64,000 bases of DNA from Candidatus Cloacimonadales bacterium (GCA_963662585.1 OY759729.1:992001-1056000), one strand, 5' to 3'. Counted from the first letter of the stretch, positions 9,752 to 20,347 are shown. The notes: a model not told the origin generated them from the sequence alone. Translations and numbers: made by a program.

Positions 9752-10434
9752 TTTCCAACCTTAATTAGTTCAAGTATTTTTTCTACCTGTTGCTGAATTG
9801 ATAATTTTGTTGAGTCTATAACAATAGCATCATCTGCCTGTTTTAAAGGAGCGATAGCCCTATGTGAATCATTATAATCTCTCTGAGCTAATTCTTCCTT
9901 AACCTCTGCAAAACTTTTCTGAGAACCTTTTGCTTTCTCTTCTAAGTATCTTCTCTGTGCTCTTTCATCAAGATCTGCAACCATAAAGAATTTATATTCA
10001 GCCTGGGGAAAGACAACAGTCCCAATGTCTCTTCCATCCATTACTATTCCTTTTGCTTGACCTAGTTTTCTTTGAAGAGAAGTCATTCCTTGACGCACTA
10101 CACCTATTGCCGAAATGTCAGAAGCTAACTTACCAATCTGTGGTTCTCTTATAGCTTGAGAGACATCTTCCCCGTTAAGTAAAACTATATTGTTAGGAAG
10201 GGAATATTTTATCTCAACTTTGATATTTTTCATCATGTTTGTTAAAGAATCAATATCATCCAGAGAGATATTCTCTCTAAATGCTTGTAAACCACAAGCT
10301 CGATACATAGCCCCAGTATCTAAATAGACATATTCTAAGCTCTTAGCTAACTCTTTAGCTGTAGTGCTTTTACCTGATGATGCTGGACCATCAATTGCAA
10401 TTATAAATTTATCATTTTTTATATTTTTTTCCAT
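9748..10434 (-). CDS. cmk: Cytidylate kinase (start corrected to ATG at 10434)
   Basis: IAIDGPASSGKSTTAK, LDTGAMYR, MDGRDIGTVVFP. The first 57 aa of the track ORF cross a terminator and repeat sequence and are not Cmk-like. Confidence 0.95.
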   Translation of the reverse strand: MEKNIKNDKFIIAIDGPASSGKSTTAKELAKSLEYVYLDTGAMYRACGLQAFRENISLDDIDSLTNMMKNIKVEIKYSLPNNIVLLNGEDVSQAIREPQIGKLASDISAIGVVRQGMTSLQRKLGQAKGIVMDGRDIGTVVFPQAEYKFFMVADLDERAQRRYLEEKAKGSQKSFAEVKEELAQRDYNDSHRAIAPLKQADDAIVIDSTKLSIQQQVEKILELIKVGK

Positions 10435-10596
10435 ATTAACCGAATTTCTAATAATTTCAAAAATAGTCAAATGTTTTTTTATTAATCTATTAAACCCAAA
10501 TAATCCCGAATGGTGCAGTAGATGATTTTTCTGTTCAATATTAGAGCAACTCTTCCAATACATCTCTTCTTGAGAAACATTTCCATTAAGATGAAG

Positions 10597-10622
10597 AAAA
10601 GCCACGCATTAACGAGGCTTTT
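10597..10622 (-). terminator. Terminator after the LamG secreted protein gene
   Basis: Inverted repeat AAAAGCC/GGCTTTT about 50 nt past the stop. Confidence 0.5.
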
Positions 10623-10671
10623 ATAATTTTAACTTTTATCTTTTCATTTTTAATTCTTGCGAAGCAAGACA

Positions 10672-12576
10672 CTATTTCATTAACACCATTTTGTTAGTTT
10701 CTCTATAATTTCCACTTGTCAAACGGCAATAATAAACACCGCTGACAACTTCTTTACCTCTATTATTTAAGCCATTCCAGACAATACTGTAAAGACCTGG
10801 GAGATTATGACTTGCTGATTTATTCCAAACTCTTCTACCAAGAATATCAAATATTTCAATTTTCACATCTCCTGCTTCTTTAAGAGTATAGGAAATTGTT
10901 GTTGAAGGGTTGAAGGGGTTAGGATAGGCACTATAAAGTCTATTTTTAATAGGAATTTCGATAGTAGGTGTATCATTATTTTCATTAATAAGAACAGTTA
11001 TAGGGCCATGAAAATAGTTGCTTCCATCAAGCTCTGAGACTTTAAGCCAATAATAATATATTCCATTATGACTAAAATTCTTATCTACGATTCTATAGGT
11101 TTGAGTTAAAGCTGTATTGGTAGCATCAATCATAGAGCCAACTTGTAAAGCAGAAGCAATGTCATTATCTTCAGCCCTAAAAATGCTAAAACAACTCAAA
11201 TTAGATTCACTATGGGTCATCCAATCCAGACTAACAGTGTTTTCTCCTATATATCTTCCAGTAAAAGAAGCCAAGGTTATAGGGAGAGTAATATCCTCTT
11301 GAGAGATGATAATTGGTACATCACCTTTACTTGCAAAAGGTAGATTAGAGAATACAACATCAGTAGGACCAGTAGCAGGATAAGGGTTTCCCTCATGCCA
11401 AGTTAATCCTCCATTCTCTGGATCATTATAATAGGCTATGACATACCAAGTACCTGCAGGGACAGCTACTTTTAAGTCACTAGTAGTTGAAGCATTAAAA
11501 ACCATAACAATATCATTTTCAGTAGTATTTGCCGGTGAAGGAACTCCTAAAGTCTCAATAGTAGCTTCGTTAGCTGTAATTTGCACATCCTCCTGTCCAC
11601 TATAAGTAAATCCTGTAACAGGATCTTCTAAAGTAAATGTTCCTACAAAAGAGATATTTCTATTGCTATTTAAATTACTTAAGATATTGCTATCTGAGCC
11701 ACTAGCCAAGTTCCATATATAGTTATCCTTTTCGGCTGTGATTGTGCCATTGAAACCACTTAAAATGCTAATTGTTCCAGGATCAATACCATAATCTTTT
11801 GTGTCTGTAGATATGTTCACACCGCTTATATTACCAGTATTTATATTTACTGAATAATAAGGAACATTATCTGACCAGGATGCATTTACTAAAGTAGCAT
11901 TATAGCTGTTATTTGCACTATTTGTTGCTATTGTTCCAGAAGCTGTATTAAAGAGAAATTCAGCTAAAAGATTATCCGAAGTTACTGAGTTGTAGAGATT
12001 ATCTGTTATTTGAGTTTGGGATCGGGCTACATTCCAGATTCTAACTTGATCAATATTACCAACCATATTACGCAAATCCCCTGTTTGACCAACAACCCCA
12101 ATAAAGAGGTTATTTGAAGTGGTAGGGATAGTTGAATTGACATTTTTAGAAGCTTTTTCAACACCATTTACATATAGTTTAACGACTCCACCATCGTAAG
12201 TCGCAGCTACATGTTGCCAAGTATTCAAGGTTAAGGCATCATTTGCAGTGCAATCAATCCAGATATTAGCCCCCCCACTCATATTAAATTCTAATGTTCT
12301 TAAATTTGACCCATAGCGAAAAGACCAACCATAGGTATTTGAGTCAGTCCAATCTACTTTTGCAGCTATAGTATTTTCCCACCTATTAGATTTGAAATTC
12401 TCAGGATAAATCCAGGCCTCAATGGTGAGGTTGTTAGTTAGATCATAGTAACTTGAATTTCCACAATCAACATATTGTCCTTCTTGACTGAATTGCACGG
12501 AATGTTCACTTGCCATAAGGCTTACACTAAAGAAGACCATACAAGTTAAAAAAATAAGAAAAGTTTTTAGAGACAT
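10672..12576 (-). CDS. Secreted LamG/ConA-like jellyroll protein with C-terminal FlgD-Ig/Por-type sorting domain (start corrected to 12576)
   Basis: SD AGGAG before ATG 12576; signal peptide MSLKTFLIFLTCMVFFSVSLMA; LamG motifs LTIEAWIYP, WQHVAATYDG, LYVNG, IDQVRIWNVARS; LPITLASF linker; C-terminus YPNPFNPSTTI...IFDILGRRV...WNG...SGVYY...KMVLMK. Confidence 0.85.
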   Translation of the reverse strand: MSLKTFLIFLTCMVFFSVSLMASEHSVQFSQEGQYVDCGNSSYYDLTNNLTIEAWIYPENFKSNRWENTIAAKVDWTDSNTYGWSFRYGSNLRTLEFNMSGGANIWIDCTANDALTLNTWQHVAATYDGGVVKLYVNGVEKASKNVNSTIPTTSNNLFIGVVGQTGDLRNMVGNIDQVRIWNVARSQTQITDNLYNSVTSDNLLAEFLFNTASGTIATNSANNSYNATLVNASWSDNVPYYSVNINTGNISGVNISTDTKDYGIDPGTISILSGFNGTITAEKDNYIWNLASGSDSNILSNLNSNRNISFVGTFTLEDPVTGFTYSGQEDVQITANEATIETLGVPSPANTTENDIVMVFNASTTSDLKVAVPAGTWYVIAYYNDPENGGLTWHEGNPYPATGPTDVVFSNLPFASKGDVPIIISQEDITLPITLASFTGRYIGENTVSLDWMTHSESNLSCFSIFRAEDNDIASALQVGSMIDATNTALTQTYRIVDKNFSHNGIYYYWLKVSELDGSNYFHGPITVLINENNDTPTIEIPIKNRLYSAYPNPFNPSTTISYTLKEAGDVKIEIFDILGRRVWNKSASHNLPGLYSIVWNGLNNRGKEVVSGVYYCRLTSGNYRETNKMVLMK

Positions 12577-12699
12577 AATAAAATACTCCTTTTTTATAAT
12601 ATAAATATTTTTTGTTTTATAACTTTCGAACCTACTTGCTCTCATTATGATTCTGTATTTCTAAAAAAACTTAAAACACAATCATACTAATTTATAAAG

Positions 12700-12716
12700 T
12701 GCAAAATAGAAGCCAA
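12700..12716 (-). promoter_or_regulatory. sigma54 (-24/-12) promoter of the LamG protein gene
   Basis: Minus strand TTGGCTTCTATTTTGCA = TGGC...TTGCA with exact GG-N10-GC spacing, about 125 nt upstream of the ATG and next to a sigma54 activator gene. Confidence 0.75.
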
Positions 12717-12812
12717 TAATAAGTTATTTACTCGAAGTATTTAAAGGATTTGTTCTCAAATAGATAAGCTGTATAAGGAAATTTGGGATTTATAGGAGTT
12801 TTCAGAAATCAA

Positions 12813-12851
12813 ATGAAAATGAAAACTCCAAGATGAAAACTTAAATGAAAA
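12813..12851. promoter_or_regulatory. Four direct ATGAAAA repeats; candidate upstream activator sequence
   Basis: ATGAAAA at 12813, 12819, 12833 and 12845, roughly 100-135 bp upstream of the sigma54 promoter. Confidence 0.45.
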
Positions 12852-12887
12852 TTGTTGGGGTTAAACCCTCATTTTTCTTATTTGCTA

Positions 12888-15131
12888 TTATTTCTTAGTT
12901 GATTTCCTTGCTTGATGAATACTAGTATAACCTTCTAAACCATATTTATCAATCCGTCTTGTCATTGTGCTATTGCTCATATCCAAAAATCTCGCAGCAT
13001 CTCTACGAATGCCTTTAAATCGAATTAAGGCTTTAATAATCTTCTCTTTTTCACTTGACTCTTCCTGCTTTTCAGCTTTTTTACTTCTTTTCTCTAAGTT
13101 ACATACTTTATCCAGAAGCCTTGCATCCCAAGAACTATTTTCCCCTAAGATAAATAACTTTTCAATAATATTTTTTAATTCTCTAATATTGCCAGGGAAA
13201 CTATATTCTTGTAAGCGTTGAATAAATGTTGAATCTATCATGGGAGTTATCCACTTGTTATCGTTGCAGAAGATATTTACAAAGTGTTCAACTAAAATTG
13301 GAATATCTTCCTTCCTGTCTCTAAGAGGAGGGAGAACAATTTCAATAGTATTGATGCGGTACAAGAGATCTAATCTAAATAAATCATTAGCAACCATATC
13401 ATTTATGGATCTATTAGTAGAAGATATTATCCGGGTATCAAAATTTACTTCACTGTTACTTCCCACAGGGATTACTTTTTTGCTTTCGAGGACTCTTAAG
13501 AGCTTTGCCTGAAACTCAACTGGTATTTCAGTTATTTCATCAATAAATAAAGTCCCTTTATGTGCTTTTAAAAAGATTCCCTTTTCGTTTGTTATTGCTC
13601 CTGTATAGGAACCCTTCTTGTGTCCGAACAGCTCACTTTCCATCAAACTTGATGAAATAGCAGCTGCATTAATAGGGACAAAAGGATAATCTTTTCTCAG
13701 GCTATGTTTATGGATTAGGTTAGCCACAACTTCCTTTCCAGTACCAGATTCACCACGAATCAAGACATTAACATTGGCTTGCTTAGCAACTAACATAGCA
13801 TCATGTAGTACTTTACGAGCACCATCACTAATCCCAACAAAATCTTTATATAGTGAGGTAGTAGTTTGTGCTTGTAGTTTATTACCACTGTTAAAATCAA
13901 AATTCTGAACTTCACTTCTGTTATATTCATCTTTAAGCTGAGTAATTTCTTTGCGTAATTCGCTATGTATTTTTTGCATCAAGTTGAAGCTCTTAGGATA
14001 GTCTTTTTTACTTAGATAGAGCTTAGCCAGAATTTCTTTAGCAACAAGAATATGATCTTGAAGCTTATATTTCTTACTGCTTTTTAGACTCCGAAGCAAT
14101 AAAGCTTCTGCCTTATCGAACTGCTTTACATTAATCAGCATCTTAGCTAAGTTAAGATAGATTTCTTGCTCAGCTATCTTATCACCTATATCTATTGCGC
14201 AGGTAGTAGCTTTATCAAGGAAGGTTATTGCCTGGTCAAAATCCCCATTTAAAGCATGAGCTATGGCATAATTATTATATAAATCCAGATAAAATTCAGG
14301 TGGATCAAATTTTTTTTCCAAAGATAGGGCATAACAATCATCTAAGTAACTTAGGGCTTTTTGAGGGAATTTGCTTTTTAGCTTTAGAACAGCTAAACTG
14401 AATATTACTTGAATTTGCTGTATCCCCAATCCTAAAGCTATACTTAGTTCGCGTGCCTCTATAAGGAACTTTTCAACTTCATCATAGCGTTTCAACTCCA
14501 GCAAGGCATTTGCTAAAGAGGTCTTAATAATTAAACTAAAATGATGATTATTTTCTCTTTCACTAATTTCCATTCCCTTGAAGAGGTAATTCAGGGCATT
14601 TTTATACTTCTTAGCTGCCAGACTTGTATTAGCCAAACTTAGTAATGATTGAAGCTTTATGTCAGATTCTTCATCTTTTCCTAGCATAGATTGAACTTGT
14701 AGATGGAAATTTTCTGCTAAATCGAATTTGTTCTGCATGAAATAGTAATCACCAAGATAAGCAAAACAAGCTACCAAAAGCAAAGATTCTTGTGCTTCTC
14801 TTGCCCACTCTTCAGCTGTCTTCAAAAACATCAATGCTTTATGCAAATCTTTACGATAACAGAGACTTAACAAGAGATTACCATGGACTAAGAAAAAGAA
14901 GTTCTTATCCTCTATAGCTAGATTCAGAATCTCTGTGAGTATTGGCTCTGCAAAATCATATCGACCTATCTTGCTGTAGGCATAAGCATCAACAAATAAA
15001 AAGTGAATCTTCTTTAGTCCTGCATACTCCTTTCTGTAATCTTGAGATCTTTGCAAATATTCAACTGGATTATTATGGCAAACATTTCTTAGACTCCTGA
15101 AGCTTTCTTCTACTATCTTGGTCTTATTCAT
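12888..15131 (-). CDS. sigma54-dependent enhancer-binding protein with N-terminal TPR sensor and Fis-type HTH
   Basis: About 400 aa of TPR-like helical repeats; Walker A GESGTGKE; ESELFGHKKGSYTGA (GAFTGA variant); Walker B LFIDEI; DLLYRIN; FPGNIREL; C-terminal HTH. Confidence 0.92.
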   Translation of the reverse strand: MNKTKIVEESFRSLRNVCHNNPVEYLQRSQDYRKEYAGLKKIHFLFVDAYAYSKIGRYDFAEPILTEILNLAIEDKNFFFLVHGNLLLSLCYRKDLHKALMFLKTAEEWAREAQESLLLVACFAYLGDYYFMQNKFDLAENFHLQVQSMLGKDEESDIKLQSLLSLANTSLAAKKYKNALNYLFKGMEISERENNHHFSLIIKTSLANALLELKRYDEVEKFLIEARELSIALGLGIQQIQVIFSLAVLKLKSKFPQKALSYLDDCYALSLEKKFDPPEFYLDLYNNYAIAHALNGDFDQAITFLDKATTCAIDIGDKIAEQEIYLNLAKMLINVKQFDKAEALLLRSLKSSKKYKLQDHILVAKEILAKLYLSKKDYPKSFNLMQKIHSELRKEITQLKDEYNRSEVQNFDFNSGNKLQAQTTTSLYKDFVGISDGARKVLHDAMLVAKQANVNVLIRGESGTGKEVVANLIHKHSLRKDYPFVPINAAAISSSLMESELFGHKKGSYTGAITNEKGIFLKAHKGTLFIDEITEIPVEFQAKLLRVLESKKVIPVGSNSEVNFDTRIISSTNRSINDMVANDLFRLDLLYRINTIEIVLPPLRDRKEDIPILVEHFVNIFCNDNKWITPMIDSTFIQRLQEYSFPGNIRELKNIIEKLFILGENSSWDARLLDKVCNLEKRSKKAEKQEESSEKEKIIKALIRFKGIRRDAARFLDMSNSTMTRRIDKYGLEGYTSIHQARKSTKK

Positions 15132-15393
15132 TCTTCTTTTTCCTCTACATGTTTCTTAATTCCTTAAAAAACTAAATAGGAGAGTTTGTGTCAATCACTT
15201 TTTACACTTTCAGGATTGTTCTTTCACTTCAATCCTCCTTTCATCTAAATTGATCATTTCCTTTTAGAATTATATAAGACTGAAGTTCAACTGATAGAGT
15301 GAGATTAAATTCTCCTGCTACTAATGATAACCTAAAAACATTAGTAGAGCCCTATATATATGACAGTGAGGAGTTTGGATAAGTATATCAACT

Positions 15394-15525
15394 GATCTTC
15401 CCCCCTTTCTTAACTTGACTCTTGATGCTCCTTCTCACTCAATTCAAATATTTTTTGAGTTTTATTCAAGATGTCAGTAAAAGAGCAAGGGATGAGCAGA
15501 GGAAGATTAAGAGAAGTGGACTTGA
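15394..15525. repeat. Degenerate intergenic palindromic repeat, family A copy 1
   Basis: Core 15444-15487 matches 52825-52868 at 35 of 44 nt ungapped. Pyrimidine-rich left arm and purine-rich right arm. Confidence 0.6.
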
Positions 15526-15732
15526 TAATGTAGAAAAATCATAAGAATCAATATATGCAAATTATTTCAATACTTTACAGTCTTGATGGCTGATTTAAAA
15601 TAATTTAGAATTATTCATTTAATCTCTTATATCATAGTATTTTAAGAATTTTATCGTAAAAGAAACAAATTGCTTGCCAAAATATGAGAAAAATATATTT
15701 TGAAAAAAAATACAAAAGATAGATAGGGATAA

Positions 15733-17181
15733 ATGTTTAAAGAAAAATTGAACAAAGATTTTATTGTCAAATTTACTAACTTCGTTATAGATAATAAGCT
15801 GATTGAAAAACGCAGTAAGATATTGGTTGGATTTTCGGGAGGACCGGACTCCACAGCCCTTCTATTAGCTCTATTAATGATTAAAGACAGTCTAGATTTA
15901 TCCCTATTAGTAGCTCATGTTAACTATAATTTAAGGGGTGAAGATTCCCAAGCTGATGAAGATTTTGTCAGGGAATTTTGTTTTTCCCATAATCTTTATT
16001 TAGTAATAAACCGGGTTAATCTTGAATCAGATGCTAATATAGAGGCTACAGCCAGAGATATTAGAATGAACTACTTCTATTCCTTATTGAAAGATTACAA
16101 GTTGGATTCTATAGCTTTAGGACATAACCAGAGTGACAATGCTGAGACAGTAATGATGAATCTAGTTCGCGGAGCTGGGATAACGGGATTAAGAGGTATC
16201 TTACCTAAATCTAATAAGATTATCCACCCACTATTAAGTTTTACTAGAGACGAGATCTGTGCCTTTGTTAGCGAAGAAAATATAGTTTGGCGAGAAGATA
16301 AGAGTAATAAAAATACAGATTTTACCAGGAACAAGATTAGAAATCAACTTTTCCCCTGGATAGCAGAGAATTTAAATCCTACTATCATTGACAAATTAGT
16401 ATCTCTATCATCTTTAATGGTTGAGACAGATGATTTTTTAGAAGATCATATTGAAAGAACACTAAAACGCTTTATTATAAGACAAAGTGATGATAAAATA
16501 ATTCTTTCCTTGAAGACTCTCCTTCATACTAAAAAACTTCTTCGTTATTATATCTTTAAAAATTGTTTATCCCAGTTGACTGCTACAGACAATGATATCT
16601 ATCAAAATAATATTATGGAGATTGAGAATATCTTAACTTCTGATGGTTCAAAAATGCTTAATTTTCCCAATAAACTATTTATCTTAAAAGAGTATGATCA
16701 TTTGATTTTCACAACCAAAAATCCTGTTCTGAATAAGAATAAACTTCCTGATGCCAAAATTCTAGAAGCAATTAGACCTCGCTTAAGTTTTGGGGAATTC
16801 AGAATTAAGATGAAAAAGATTAAAAAACTACCTTCTGAAAAAGCACTATCAAATAATAAAAACTTAGTCTTTCTTGATTATGATGAGATAGATTTTCCGA
16901 TAACTATCAGAAATAGAGATAATGGAGATAAATTTATCCCCCTAGGTTTATCGGGATTTAAGAAGTTAAAAGATTTTTTTATTGACGAAAAAGTGTCAAA
17001 ATTCGATAGAGATAAGATACCTCTTTTCACTGATGCGAATAAAATTATTTGGATCGGGGGAATGAGGATAGATAATAGAGTTGCTATTACTCAGAAAACT
17101 ACTAATATTTTAAAAATAGAAATAGAAAAAGTAAGTAATAAAAAAATGCGTTCAGCAGAACGAAAAGCAAAGGATAAATAA
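15733..17181 (+). CDS. tilS: tRNA(Ile)-lysidine synthetase
   Basis: PP-loop SGGPDS, HVNYNLRG, ARDIR, GHNQSDNAET, EDKSN, RNKIR, TilS C-terminal domain; tilS-hpt-ftsH synteny. Confidence 0.95.
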   Translation: MFKEKLNKDFIVKFTNFVIDNKLIEKRSKILVGFSGGPDSTALLLALLMIKDSLDLSLLVAHVNYNLRGEDSQADEDFVREFCFSHNLYLVINRVNLESDANIEATARDIRMNYFYSLLKDYKLDSIALGHNQSDNAETVMMNLVRGAGITGLRGILPKSNKIIHPLLSFTRDEICAFVSEENIVWREDKSNKNTDFTRNKIRNQLFPWIAENLNPTIIDKLVSLSSLMVETDDFLEDHIERTLKRFIIRQSDDKIILSLKTLLHTKKLLRYYIFKNCLSQLTATDNDIYQNNIMEIENILTSDGSKMLNFPNKLFILKEYDHLIFTTKNPVLNKNKLPDAKILEAIRPRLSFGEFRIKMKKIKKLPSEKALSNNKNLVFLDYDEIDFPITIRNRDNGDKFIPLGLSGFKKLKDFFIDEKVSKFDRDKIPLFTDANKIIWIGGMRIDNRVAITQKTTNILKIEIEKVSNKKMRSAERKAKDK

Positions 17182-17183
17182 TT

Positions 17184-17720
17184 ATGATACAAGATATATC
17201 TGCAATAATGTTTGATGAAAGACAGATTCATGCCAGAATTAAAGAACTAGGTGAACAAATATCTAAAGATTACTGTGGGAAATACCCTGTGCTAATCTGC
17301 ATACTTAAAGGTGCTTCAACTTTTATGGCAGACCTGATAAGAGCCATTACCATTCCAGTAGAAATAGATTTTATGGCAATCTCTAGTTACGGTGATAGTA
17401 GAAAGTCTTCAGGTGTTGTCCAGATCAAGAAAGATGTTGATGTTAACTTGCAAGATAGGGATGTAATAATCGTAGAAGATATTGTTGATACAGGGCTTTC
17501 CTTACAGTATATTAAAGATTATATAGGTAAACATCAACCTAGCAGTGTTGCCACATGTGTATTATTAGATAAACCAAGTGGCCATAAAATTGAAGTTCCT
17601 GTGGAATATATAGGTTTCACAGTAGCGAATGAATTTGTTGTTGGTTATGGTTTAGATTATGCCCAAAAGTATCGTAATCTCCCCTTTATCGGCATTCTTA
17701 AGGAGGAAGTATATTCATGA
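17184..17720 (+). CDS. hpt: Hypoxanthine phosphoribosyltransferase
   Basis: ILKGA, SSYG, VEDIVDTGLSL, FVVGYGLDY. Confidence 0.96.
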   Translation: MIQDISAIMFDERQIHARIKELGEQISKDYCGKYPVLICILKGASTFMADLIRAITIPVEIDFMAISSYGDSRKSSGVVQIKKDVDVNLQDRDVIIVEDIVDTGLSLQYIKDYIGKHQPSSVATCVLLDKPSGHKIEVPVEYIGFTVANEFVVGYGLDYAQKYRNLPFIGILKEEVYS

Positions 17721-19723
17721 ACAATGAAGAACAAAATGACCAAAAAGATATAAAAAATCAAAATGACCCCAAAAAGGATAAGTTACCAAACCCTCTAAAA
17801 AATCCTAGTAGCAATAAATATTCACTTATTATTGTTATTGTTTTAGCAACTATTCTTATCTATGCTCTATTACAAGATAACAAACAGCAAAAAGAGGTAG
17901 ATAATAAAGAGTTTTGGGATGCCCTAAATAGCAATACTATTACTGAAGTTGTTATTGAAGGTGATGTACTTAATTACAAAGTAGATAATCAATCCTATTT
18001 TACTCGTTGGTCTCAATATGATTTTGATTTTAAACAAGAACTAATAGAAAAAACAAATGGATCTGTGAAAGAGAAAGTTCCTTCAAGATGGGAATCTATT
18101 CTTGTTTCATGGTTACCATTTTTATTAATGATTCTCTTCTTCTGGTTCTTTATGTTTAGAAATGTGAATAAAGGACAGAATTCCGCCTTCTCTTTTGGAA
18201 AGAGTAAAGCAAAAAGATTTGATGGCACAAAAACAAAAGTTAAATTTGACGATGTAGCTGGTGTTGATGAAGCTAAAGAAGAATTAACAGAAATAGTTGA
18301 ATACCTAAAAAACCCTAAGAAGTTTGAAATGCTAGGTGGAAGAATACCTAAAGGTGTTCTTTTAGTAGGCCGTCCAGGTACAGGTAAAACACTTTTAGCT
18401 AAAGCTGTAGCCGGAGAAGCTAATGTTCCTTTCTTTAGTGTAAGTGGTTCTGATTTCGTAGAAATGTTTGTAGGTGTTGGTGCCTCAAGAGTTCGTGATT
18501 TATTCGCCCAAGCTAAGAAAAACTCCCCAGCAATTGCCTTTATAGATGAGTTAGATGCTGTGGGAAGACATAGAGGATCTGGTGTTGGTGGTGGACACGA
18601 TGAGCGTGAACAGACCTTAAACCAACTTCTTGTTGAAATGGATGGTTTTGAAATGAATGATTCTGTAATTATTATTGCAGCAACCAACCGTCCTGATGTT
18701 CTTGACCCTGCTTTACTTAGACCTGGCAGATTTGATAGACAAGTTATTGTAGATTTACCAGATATCAATGGTAGAACTAAAATTCTCCAAGTACACTCTC
18801 GTAAAGTACCTCTTTCACCAGAAGTTAACCTAAAAATTATTGCTCGAGCAACTCCTGGCTTTAGTGGAGCGGAATTAGCCAACTTAGTTAATGAAGCTGC
18901 CTTAATCGCAGCTCGTGGCACCAAGAAATTCATTGAAATGGATGACTTTGAAGAAGCTAAAGATAAATTAACCCTAGGGAAGCAAAAAAAGAGCAAAATA
19001 GTCTCAGCTGAAGAAAGAAACATAACCTCTTATCATGAAATTGGACATGTAGTGTGTGCTCTTTTCGAGAAACATGGTTCTCCAGCTCATAAAGTTTCAA
19101 TTATTCCTAGAGGGATGACAGGTGGAGCAACTCACTTCCTGGGTGAAGAGAGATCAAACTACTCTAAGAGTTTCTTAAACTCCATGCTAGTTCATCTTCT
19201 TGGTGGCCGTGCAGCTGAAGAAATAGTATTTAACGAAGTAACAACAGGAGCTTCTAACGATATAGATAGAGCTACTGATATTGTGAAACAAATGGTATGT
19301 AACTGGGGAATGAGTGAAAGAATCGGTCCGCTTGCTGTAATGAAAAAAGAACAAGAAGTGTTCTTAGGAAAGCAAATGGGACAAAAAGAACTCCACAGTG
19401 AAGAAGTTGCCAAGATTGTAGATTCTGAAATTCATTCTTTCATAGATGTAGCTTATAAGAGAGCTAAAGATATTGTTTCTACTCATAGAGACTTGGTAGA
19501 TGCCTTAGCTGTAGAACTCTTAGATAAAGAGACTCTGGGAGCAGAAGAGATTTTTGTTATCGTTCAGAAATTTGTAAGTGGCGAAGAGCTAGCTTTTGTC
19601 CAAGAGAAAAATACAAAAGCCAAGCAATTGAGCTTTGATTTACTTCATGAAGATGATACAGAACTTTCTTCCAAGGAAAGTGATGAAGCTTTAAAAGAAG
19701 AGAAAAACAATAAAATTAGTTGA
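17717..19723 (+). CDS. ftsH: ATP-dependent zinc metalloprotease FtsH
   Basis: Two TM helices, [38 protein letters not shown] zinc motif. Confidence 0.97.
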   Translation: MNNEEQNDQKDIKNQNDPKKDKLPNPLKNPSSNKYSLIIVIVLATILIYALLQDNKQQKEVDNKEFWDALNSNTITEVVIEGDVLNYKVDNQSYFTRWSQYDFDFKQELIEKTNGSVKEKVPSRWESILVSWLPFLLMILFFWFFMFRNVNKGQNSAFSFGKSKAKRFDGTKTKVKFDDVAGVDEAKEELTEIVEYLKNPKKFEMLGGRIPKGVLLVGRPGTGKTLLAKAVAGEANVPFFSVSGSDFVEMFVGVGASRVRDLFAQAKKNSPAIAFIDELDAVGRHRGSGVGGGHDEREQTLNQLLVEMDGFEMNDSVIIIAATNRPDVLDPALLRPGRFDRQVIVDLPDINGRTKILQVHSRKVPLSPEVNLKIIARATPGFSGAELANLVNEAALIAARGTKKFIEMDDFEEAKDKLTLGKQKKSKIVSAEERNITSYHEIGHVVCALFEKHGSPAHKVSIIPRGMTGGATHFLGEERSNYSKSFLNSMLVHLLGGRAAEEIVFNEVTTGASNDIDRATDIVKQMVCNWGMSERIGPLAVMKKEQEVFLGKQMGQKELHSEEVAKIVDSEIHSFIDVAYKRAKDIVSTHRDLVDALAVELLDKETLGAEEIFVIVQKFVSGEELAFVQEKNTKAKQLSFDLLHEDDTELSSKESDEALKEEKNNKIS

Positions 19724-19740
19724 TAAATATATATTATAAG

Positions 19741-19775
19741 AATGGGTAATTTTCAAGAGTTACCCATTTCTTCTT
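19741..19775 (+). terminator. Terminator after ftsH
   Basis: Stem AATGGGTAA/TTACCCATT followed by TCTTCTT. Confidence 0.6.
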
Positions 19776-19799
19776 ATTTTAGAACATTGAAGAGGTAAA

Positions 19800-20336
19800 A
19801 TGGAACAATTTCACGGAACCACTATTTTGGGTATATTAAAAGATGGAAATTTAGTAATTGGTGGTGATGGACAAGTAACTTTGGGTCATACTGTAATAAA
19901 AGATACAGCAAGGAAAATTAGACATCTTTATAATGGTGAAGTTATTGCCGGATTTGCAGGAGCAACTGCAGATGCCTTTACCCTATTCGAGCGTTTCGAT
20001 GCTAAGTTAAAAGAGTCAAAAGGTAATCTTCGCAAGGCTGCTGTAGAGTTAGCTAAGGATTGGCGTTCAGATAGAATTTTAAGAAAACTAGAAGCAATGA
20101 TTATAGCTGGGTCAAAAGATGCAATTTTGATAATTACTGGTGTTGGTGATGTTTTAGAACCTAATAACAACATCTGTGCTATTGGTTCAGGTGGCAACTA
20201 TGCCTTAGCTTCTGCCCGAGCATTAGCAGAAAATAGCACTTTATCAACTCGAGAAGTAGTAGAGACCTCACTTCATATAGCTGCTGATATTTGTATTTAT
20301 ACAAACCATAATCTTGTTATCGAAGAATTAAAATAG
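19800..20336 (+). CDS. hslV: ATP-dependent protease subunit HslV
   Basis: HGTTIL (N-terminal catalytic Thr), [29 protein letters not shown]. Confidence 0.96.
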   Translation: MEQFHGTTILGILKDGNLVIGGDGQVTLGHTVIKDTARKIRHLYNGEVIAGFAGATADAFTLFERFDAKLKESKGNLRKAAVELAKDWRSDRILRKLEAMIIAGSKDAILIITGVGDVLEPNNNICAIGSGGNYALASARALAENSTLSTREVVETSLHIAADICIYTNHNLVIEELK

Positions 20337-20347
20337 GAATATTAATT

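Noticed and set aside
10435..10605. 57-aa N-terminal extension of Cmk
   Set aside because: It begins at a GTG inside a terminator hairpin and crosses a repeat fragment. Cmk similarity starts at Met 10434.
12813..12836. Tiny ORF MKMKTPR as a signalling peptide for the TPR activator
   Set aside because: It is only 7 codons with no export signal and a distant SD, and it arises from the ATGAAAA repeats themselves.
18013..19023. 336-aa ORF antisense to ftsH
   Set aside because: It is the codon-mirror shadow of the conserved AAA domain. It is S/T/P-rich with no motif or SD, and such antisense frames are common.
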